From Bispira polyomma (lineage: Eukaryota): a DNA stretch of 64,000 bases. Below the pieces are notes generated by a model, which saw only the letters and a program-made list of their open reading frames with translations, did not search any database and was not told where the DNA came from. How positions within the stretch are numbered: position 1 is the first letter of the stretch; each line of letters begins with the position of its first letter. Below, one piece after another: positions 58,201 through 64,000 of the stretch. A program made the translations under genes and the position numbers. The DNA lies in the NCBI GenBank assembly GCA_965649765.1, contig OZ287757.1, positions 3,038,001 through 3,102,000 on the forward strand. Direction: 5' to 3'.

Positions 58201-61200
58201 CCAGTAAACAGTTCTCTAAACCAGCATCGAATGCTTCTGTGTTTGAAGAGTTTGCGCACAACACTTTGTCCATCTCAAGCTGTTTCAGAAAGTACAACCA
58301 ATAGCTACCCCCAGACTATGAACTTCAGACGATGAGTGGTCCCAACACCCCAGGACTACTAACAATACGAGTGTGAGATCAGCAGGTTGGAAATTTGGAA
58401 CATTTACAGTTGATAACAGTCAACGTCTGGCAACTCAGCAGCCAGCAGCCATAGCAGCTTGAAGCAATCACCCTGCAACAGCCACAACCCCTGCCAGTTT
58501 TACAGCCAACAACACCTCTACAGCCAACACCACCAACGCAGTAGCCAGTCAGCAATATCCAGGCGACCTATTTTCAAGGCCCCCTGCATCAGAACCTCCG
58601 GCCCTTTTTAGGGCCACCCAAATCCTCCAAAAACAATATCTAAGTTATTTTGTTGGAAAAAATCCCAAACAAACACCATCCCTTAAAAAACAAATTGACA
58701 CAAACAGGCAAAAATATAATTATTATTGGCCCAAATTAAAAAAAAAACAAATAGAAAGCCCAAAATATTATCCCAAGCAAACAGATTACACCGTCCCCTC
58801 AAACACAATTCACACATACAGACAGAAATAAAATGTTGAATGACTCTAGTAAGTTCAAAACCAAAATATTACCCCAAACAAACAGATTACAAAGCCCCCT
58901 CAAAAGAAATTCACACACATTCACACAGAACTTATAAGTGACTGGCCCAGATAAATGATAGTAAATGTCCTATTCAAGAAATGAAGAATGTCCAAGAAAT
59001 TATCAAATTGAGATAAAAAGTCCCTATTCCCATAGCAATTTTTTTTTTCAATAATAAGACAAAATAAATGATTTGTAAATAATTTAGGAAAAAATAAATG
59101 ACAAACTATTGGTAACCCTATATTTTGAGAGCTGTGAAATACAAAAAGTTTTTCCTGGCAAAAAATAAATCATTTCCTGAGATATTACTCTTCCAAAAAA
59201 GTGGTCACACCACTTTTAGAGTTTGAACTCTGTTTTGTTCCCAAGTAAGTGATCACCCAAATGACAAAATTTGAACAGAAAAACAATAAGACTGAATCTG
59301 AATGGGCCATGCACTATTTATTGCTGGGGTATGTTTAGATTGTATTTTATGGGGGGCCACAACAGGAATTTATAATGTCAATGCAAGGCATTGGGTTCTA
59401 ATATTTTACAATTAGGGGGTTATTTTATCAGTGTGTGTGTCTAGGGATAAAAAATGTTTCATGTTTGGGGGGAATTTACTATGTTCCTATTGTGGGGCCC
59501 AAAGTACTGCGTGTATGGGTGCTGGGTTTGAGCCTTATGGAGTGTGATTTGTGAGATGTGTTTGGTTAAGGGGGTGGGGGTGTAACAAACAGCTTAGACA
59601 TTGTTCTTAAAAAAATGGGTGGTCCTGAAAAGGACCTTTTAGTTTTCAGCTACTGCAACATCTAAGTAATGGCTTCTCACAGGGTTCAGGTCGTTAGGCT
59701 CAGGCTAAGATCAAAGTTCTGTAATTTTTGTCATATTCTGTCATTTTGCTGCGGGACTGTCCCCACATTCATGAAGTAGTCCATCAAAGTGTCCCTCTGC
59801 TGTTTCACCCCTCTAGATGGATTTCTGCCGTTGGTCAATTGATCTCCAACCAGCTGCTTGTCAGGCTAGGGTGCTCCAGTGCTGGGTTGTCACAGCGACT
59901 CCATAGGATTTGAAATATTACACATGTTAAGGTCATGTTTGAGGCCACTAAAGGATGTGGTTGCATGGTTGTCACTAGTAGGCGGAATCTGCTGACCAAA
60001 ATTTCCAATGCATTCTGAATGACCGGCCTTTCCCTGAATATTTTGTGCTTGCATATCCCTTGCTTGTTGGTCAATACTCTTCTTGAGTAGGGTTTCATCA
60101 ACTAGGGCTTCAGGACGACATCATGTTTAGACCCTTTAAATAGTGATTCTTGTATGGAGGTCCATCCCCTTCCCCTAGCTCTGGCATTAAGTTGGTGTAA
60201 TATCCAAGGGCCTCTCCTTGCCTGATCCAGGGTTTGCCCCAGTGTATTGGTGACATTCTTGGAAGCCTGACCTCCGGCAAAGCCCAAGGGGTGGGTGGTG
60301 GTCTTGGGTTTAATTCCTGTTGAGCCTGAGCCTGAGCCTTGGTCATTCTCCTGTTGCAGTATGAGTATGAGGAAGCATATTTGTAACTAAAAAAAAACCA
60401 GCTAAAAAATGCCCTAGTGTCCTTAAACATTCTCACTTGTCGATTGCTGGCATTGTACTCAATTAATTACTTAAAAAGTTTTAGAACTTAAAAGGGGTAT
60501 TTATAGGGTCAGAAAGCGTTTCAATAGTTCTGTCCTGTAGGTCTGGCTCATCAATCCGTCAGATCGTATTGCCGATAAGGTCGATCCTACCAAGGTCGGA
60601 AAGGTCTATTCAGCTTGAAGTTCGATCGAGGTTGGTGTCCCATCGAAACAGGGCGCAATCAGTTTCATAAAAAAAATGGATTTCATTGATTTTTTCACCT
60701 GACCTTTCTGACTATCGGACCTATTTTGAGATCAAACTTGATAGTGAAATCATCACTTTAGTCAAACTCTTAATTAAGATGATGCACGTAATGGGGTGTG
60801 TTATCTGACAGCTAGACCCATTTTTAACATTTTTTATGTATATTTTACTTGCTTTGCTCTATATTGCTTTATTTAAACATCAGTAATATTTGATACATCA
60901 GTAAGTGCAAATTTAATGCTTTAATCAATTTAAGGCCACCTTAAATTCATCTAGTTTACATAACCGTTACCTTAAATTAAGGTTTAGGTAACATTAATAT
61001 ATGACTTTAACCCTAACCTTAAATTCATGTTAAGGTGACCTTAAATATAGCTTAAGTCCAAACTTAACAAGGTAAAGTTATGGTAGCCGGTGAGTTCCAT
61101 CCTTACTTTAAATTCAGGTAACCTTTAAGATATACTGTGTACAAGTCATTCTTTCAAACTAAGCAACTTAAACTTTAGGTGCCCTTATTGTGTAATCCTA

Positions 61201-61786
61201 GTCTATACATAATTGAAGTTTTAACATAGAATCAATTTAATATCGCAATAGCTGCTTGTTTTGCTTGATTCACAAAGTCATCTAAATCCAAACCCTGTAT
61301 ATGGCTAATATGGCTTGAGAAACTAAAAAAGAGAACCAAATAATGAGCTTGAATGTTTCTGTAGTAAAACTCAAGTAATTTAGCTCAAAGTAATTTAGCA
61401 ATATGGCGGCTTTCGCAAACAAAGTTTTTAAAAAAGTGTGAGTATTTGATGTCAAATATGACAAAATGTTGACTATCTAATAAAAGGTAAAAATGTGTTA
61501 ATTGATATTATTTTGCAGAGATGAGGATATATACAAGATAATTCACTATAATGTGAACAATAACCAAGTAGTTTCAAAGAAATCGAGTTAAGATTAAGTC
61601 ATTATCGAGGGACAAATGCTCATAACAAGACTATAACATTTGACACCCCAGAAAAACCATTGTATTTATCCTTACCTTGGCTTTTCTACTGAACTCGACA
61701 GCCTTGACACAAGCCTCATCATGAATCTCACAGTGTTGTCCAGAGGCCGGGATAAATAACAGCAATAGATAGAGTAATGACTTCAT
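28441..61786 (-). CDS. Gene B: secreted Spaetzle/neurotrophin-like cystine-knot precursor, 5 coding exons, ~249 aa
   Basis: Exons 61676-61786, 34043-34139, 32529-32682 (acceptor could also be 32688 or 32694), 31065-31190, 28441-28702; phases 0/1/2/2, 750 nt, no internal stop. C-terminal pattern HCVT...VNCN...CAKDCETVF...VPSHCVC resembles the Spaetzle C106-type knot ending in P-x-x-C-x-C; TKRR basic site upstream. Confidence 0.8.
28820..29580 (-). mobile_element. Decayed CR1/L2-group LINE 3' fragment
   Basis: LWHSLPQLICVAPTS*SFRSKLKTYLF-like C-terminus and a (TCGAA)n / ttttatagcgc tail. Confidence 0.5.
30478..30637. mobile_element. MITE with ~35-bp imperfect terminal inverted repeats
   Basis: CCAGGGGGGCGTATTCACAAAGGTTTTAAGTGTAATT versus the reverse complement of the right end, CCAGGGGCCTCATTCAGCAAATATTGTAAGTGTAATT. 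Confidence 0.65.
31065..31190 (-). CDS. Gene B coding exon 4
   Basis: taatag/gtgagt, phase 2-2, VEFFVSCKLIETLSFIDDGYLQPVTAEFFPVYRTTVLPVNC. Confidence 0.7.
32529..32682 (-). CDS. Gene B coding exon 3
   Basis: DDQRIPKDCDKVPTKRRGG...SIFFWHQDKIRGSHCVT; ends AC|gt like gene A exon 3; weak acceptor. Confidence 0.7.
34043..34139 (-). CDS. Gene B coding exon 2
   Basis: KQCQITFVDICRNSPDQLLKRFLGRFVTRHEY, 97 nt, atag/gtaaga. Confidence 0.85.
34580..35030 (-). mobile_element. Non-LTR retrotransposon ORF2 C-terminal remnant
   Basis: HLLHSICTDLPIDIQLCQRALKF...SPNKLV resembles LINE ORF2 C-termini; motif recall only. Confidence 0.4.
36128..37337 (+). pseudogene. Ngaro family 1 gag-like ORF
   Basis: N-terminal CQKCMTRHYPPTGKKC zinc finger; W-x2-AKAAHAVLLCEMERG; C-terminal CKNYQNGSC...HICSIC...HPEKDC; several stops and frameshifts. 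Confidence 0.8.
37418..39785 (+). pseudogene. Ngaro family 1 reverse transcriptase-RNase H
   Basis: FGFPL, RRVIVDLSWP, DVSRAFRH, LPFG, YINDF (mutated YIDD), LDACLTGLGG, HLEMVN, CDN; broken by stops and frameshifts. Confidence 0.9.
39822..40793 (+). pseudogene. Ngaro family 1 tyrosine recombinase
   Basis: RPKT...Y, FFGFLRISN, HAFRRSGA, HGTWTSD; premature stops and a poly-A frameshift. Confidence 0.9.
42207..42516 (-). mobile_element. L2/CR1-group LINE 3' fragment inserted in the Tx1-like element
   Basis: AFSTAAPRLWNSLPVDLRSVDTL..FRKSLK plus an (ATA)n-type tail; splits the Tx1 sequence just after KYFCN. Confidence 0.7.
43635..43859 (+). repeat. Ngaro repeat A1 (other copies 48792-49016 and 53983-54207)
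   Basis: 225-bp direct repeat TGTGCATAGCAAGTCC...GAAAATTGAAA present three times. Confidence 0.95.
43954..45183 (+). CDS. Ngaro family 2 gag-like ORF, copy 1
   Basis: Open 409-aa frame from ATG 43954; WPAVRTAWAVSMHEIEEG and a C-terminal Cys/His cluster homologous to family 1 gag. Confidence 0.85.
   Translation: MGKTKATPVLSSKKWTTKTTSTSTAKKRGTGQVTTTNTHDQSEIHRTVIADTACPLIDSQLLTSSNGSSSQAGLSSQAVPQSQVESQSMSEVLSILHGLETSNANITRRLQLVEDKQTVTPANSPLHTMRDGTVVQQRHEGYSLPLPPPRYNGVGQPLAQPMMQPPTGQGYNTDGVPSLDALRSFPNVQAAVTRQLADYEALAQRGLVQGKHSIRQKSGRYNSTDITLADPQLRWSNEGWGGGSTRRRPVFDDLTLPQWAAGQLANSLQVSDPATMKAMVNQVVHALRDAATLPWPAVRTAWAVSMHEIEEGRLSWQDNTQWALNRISASQMAMVGNNGSNLANGASSDSKSICKLFNNGKCTHKADHGNYRHVCWYCNKTLGKDASLPEFKCFKANVSKQPDKQQGNI
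45338..47693 (+). pseudogene. Ngaro family 2 RT-RNase H, copy 1
   Basis: FGFPL, DVARAFRN, FGW, YIDD, LDACLTGLGG, CDN, ADALSR; in-frame TGA at 45587-45589, frameshift near 47000, and loss of the H-L-E segment of RNase H. Confidence 0.92.
47700..48666 (+). pseudogene. Ngaro family 2 tyrosine recombinase, copy 1
   Basis: R (GFLRLSN), K (KWAKN), HTFR, HGLW and Y (WTYL) catalytic set; one frameshift near 47955; no ATG at the start of the frame. Confidence 0.92.
48674..48793 (+). repeat. Ngaro repeat B with a 34-bp deletion (full copies 53831-53984 and 55084-55237)
   Basis: TGGGGCTTAAAATTCC...TTGGACTG present three times. Confidence 0.95.
49111..50340 (+). CDS. Ngaro family 2 gag-like ORF, copy 2
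   Basis: Translation identical to copy 1. Confidence 0.85.
   Translation: MGKTKATPVLSSKKWTTKTTSTSTAKKRGTGQVTTTNTHDQSEIHRTVIADTACPLIDSQLLTSSNGSSSQAGLSSQAVPQSQVESQSMSEVLSILHGLETSNANITRRLQLVEDKQTVTPANSPLHTMRDGTVVQQRHEGYSLPLPPPRYNGVGQPLAQPMMQPPTGQGYNTDGVPSLDALRSFPNVQAAVTRQLADYEALAQRGLVQGKHSIRQKSGRYNSTDITLADPQLRWSNEGWGGGSTRRRPVFDDLTLPQWAAGQLANSLQVSDPATMKAMVNQVVHALRDAATLPWPAVRTAWAVSMHEIEEGRLSWQDNTQWALNRISASQMAMVGNNGSNLANGASSDSKSICKLFNNGKCTHKADHGNYRHVCWYCNKTLGKDASLPEFKCFKANVSKQPDKQQGNI
50495..52850 (+). pseudogene. Ngaro family 2 RT-RNase H, copy 2
   Basis: Same lesions as copy 1; one P/S difference. Confidence 0.92.
52857..53823 (+). pseudogene. Ngaro family 2 tyrosine recombinase, copy 2
   Basis: Same frameshift as copy 1; one N/D difference. 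Confidence 0.92.
54299..54471 (+). other. GC-rich long hairpin in the Ngaro A-B spacer (candidate structured RNA)
   Basis: Nested complementary arms with many G-U pairs, folded by eye. Confidence 0.55.
57381..57612. mobile_element. 232-bp MITE with TTAA target duplication (Kolobok-like termini)
   Basis: TTAA|GGCTTTAGTAAC...GTTACTAAAGCC|TTAA; removal restores the Tx1 frame RLNPLKQARLDY. Confidence 0.85.
58630..58935 (+). repeat. Degenerate ~100-bp tandem repeat (about 3 units)
   Basis: Recurring ccca(a)..aaaca...ccctcaaa...aattcacaca blocks. Confidence 0.5.
59690..60360 (-). mobile_element. PIF/Harbinger transposase remnant
   Basis: MKPYSRRVLT...RPVIQNALEILVSRFRLL (HARBI1-like DDE C-terminus) and the N-terminal W-x-KPWI...GYYTNLMPEL segment; middle deleted. 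Confidence 0.75.
61676..61786 (-). CDS. Gene B coding exon 1 (signal peptide)
   Basis: MKSLLYLLLLFIPASGQHCEIHDEACVKAVEFSRKAK|gtaagg. Confidence 0.85.
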
Positions 61787-62055
61787 ACTTCAAATTCTGT
61801 ATAAATCAGACACACACACCACGCTAAATAATGTACGTCATCAAATTGCATTCCCATAAAATGGATTTCTGAATTCCTTTTAAACATTTTACAATAATAC
61901 ACTTCTTGTGAGATATTATACTGTGCAAAACACCAGTGTGTTGTGCTTAACTCTTTTTTTTCTCGAGAACAATTGTAGGTTCACAAAGGAAACAATACAG
62001 TTTGCAGAATATTTGATTCATGAGACATTTCTTGGAATGTTGTTTAGGTTTGACG
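61787..62055 (-). promoter_or_regulatory. Conserved upstream region (5' UTR/promoter) shared with 11770-12055
   Basis: Colinear non-coding similarity, e.g. ctgtataaatc, atggattt(t)c.gaattcc, atacacttcttgtgagatattat, gagacatttctt, tgttgtttaggtttga. Confidence 0.6.
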
Positions 62056-64000
62056 CCAGCTATTGTGGACTTATATATCATATGCCACAACTTAAACAAC
62101 CATATGGTGGATTATGTTCTATTGTATCTGTCAGTTGTATGTGTGTATGTATCCCTGTACTCATTTGCAACACTTTCCGTCTTTTAAGCCATGCACTTTT
62201 GTAAGAGGGCACCTATTGTTGCCTAAAAACATAAGTTTATACAACACTATTGAATAATTTACGTATCTGTGTGCTTGCAATGTAACAAACACGAGTAAAC
62301 CCTTCGAAGTATCGTCCATTTAACAAACATTGTAGCATTTGAACAGGTTCTTTTTTAAATGTATTCTAGAAATAACAGGTATTATTTTTTTTCAAAGTAA
62401 CTTAAAAAATGAAATTCTACTTCACAGCTACTTCATTGATACATAATCTAAAACAAAATACCCTACCAAAATATATACGTGTATAAATGATTTTTTCTCC
62501 GTACTTGTTTCTGTATGTTTTGCTTTGGTACGTTTGGTCTAGGTATTTATTGTTTGCACCTTGACAATTAACACACCCTTTTTGGAAAATTTTTGATCTA
62601 CTTCTAATGTATATTTTTAGTATCAATATAAATTGCATGTTCCAGGATCATCAAAATCAGTTTCAAAGCCATATATACACCATACTTATGCCTTTTGAAC
62701 ACAATACGTCATTTCAAATGTCAGAATACATCTTGTACAGACCACTTCCACAAAAGACTATCTAACTTACAATTTGACCTTCAATTTACATGTAATTGTA
62801 AGCTTTAGCAAATATTAAGTAAGTCTTTCCACCTAGCTGCACGTTGTAAAATATGTGGAAACCCTCTAAATGAATCTACTTTGACTGAAATGTTTACACA
62901 GAAATAGATTCTGCCACACATATCAACAATTTCATAATTCAATGTTGACTACGGTATGGATAATCAAGAACCAAATCAGTGAAAAAAAAACTGTAATTCA
63001 GTGTTATAATGCTGTTTACAAAATTATACCTATAAAGCATATTGAGATTATGAAAGTTTTCTTCACACACTTCTTCTGTTTTAGACACATCCAGTATTTC
63101 AAGGTTGACAGCTGTTGTCGCCTAATAACAAACAGCATATCTTAAACAATTGTATGGAGCATCAGGCTCTATTGTTTGTGTTTATTGTCTGTGTTACACA
63201 TTTTTTTTACTCTCTACATTTGAGCACTACATTTAAGCTATGTACCTTTGTTGAATTGAAATTGAAATGTAGTTCAGTTTTATGTCACTTTCAAAATCTT
63301 TGGTCATATGAGGACTGCCAGATATAACGGCGGAATCACCCAATGCTGAAGCAATACAAACCAGTCAGCTACGCAAATTACCTAAAAAACCTTTTCATAT
63401 GAAGGAATAAAAAGGGAATTTGGACCAAGGTTTGGTGAGAGATGAATAATTATCAGCAAGCATTTCTAACCACTTGGCCAACGCAGACCCCAAATACTGT
63501 CTGAAGGACAGCTAGTGTGGCTATATAAAATATCCAAGTCCCAACAAAATAAAAAATTGACAACCAAAATCAATAATAATTTTGGAATTCAGTGCTGAAA
63601 GCTTATGTGAATGCTATTTGAACAAAGTAATCCCACGTCTGATTGTTTAATTGCTGATTTGTTTTACATCAATACATTTTATGGTATTACATTTAGTCTT
63701 GTTTGTAATACATATCTGCATATCTCCTTGATTTACCTGTCAACATTTTTCGTTCAAAGACACCTAGAGCGTAGTAATGTAACAATGGTGGGGATTGTAT
63801 TCATTTAACAATAATATGTGAATATATTCACTGTTCATCAAGCTTCCTTTTTAGGACTTGGGTTTTCGCTAAGCAGCTTTCGGAATGTAAAAATAGGTAC
63901 GAAGATGAATGTTGTTTTGTCTGTTGCAATGTAATTTATATTTGCTGATGTTGTGGCTTTTGTTGATGGAATTTTTATTATAATTGAACTTTTATAGCGC

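Overview
AT-rich, intron-containing animal DNA; the SINE and transposon types suggest a mollusc or other lophotrochozoan (inference). Three host genes lie on the minus strand, all reconstructed by hand from GT-AG junctions with matching phases. Two are paralogous secreted Spaetzle/neurotrophin-like cystine-knot precursors: gene A (<90..11769, runs off the left edge) and gene B (28441..61786, about 249 aa). Between them is a 6-exon cytosolic sulfotransferase (16757..25652, 293 aa). Intron 1 of gene A holds a decayed Gypsy-like gag followed by a TatD-like nuclease instead of pol. Intron 1 of gene B (27.5 kb) holds a nested stack: a Tx1/L1-type LINE interrupted by a decayed Ngaro tyrosine-recombinase retrotransposon, an L2/CR1 fragment, a TTAA MITE and a piggyBac, and the piggyBac contains a head-to-tail dimer of a second Ngaro family. 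Most notable: the two divergent Ngaro families share (i) a phase-1 splice donor at a Gly-Lys-His motif in gag and a phase-matched acceptor just after pol, predicting a spliced Gag-recombinase fusion, and (ii) a self-complementary B|A junction hairpin closed by GGACT...AGTCC, with integration mapping to the T of GGACT. All family assignments rest on motif recognition; no searches were run.
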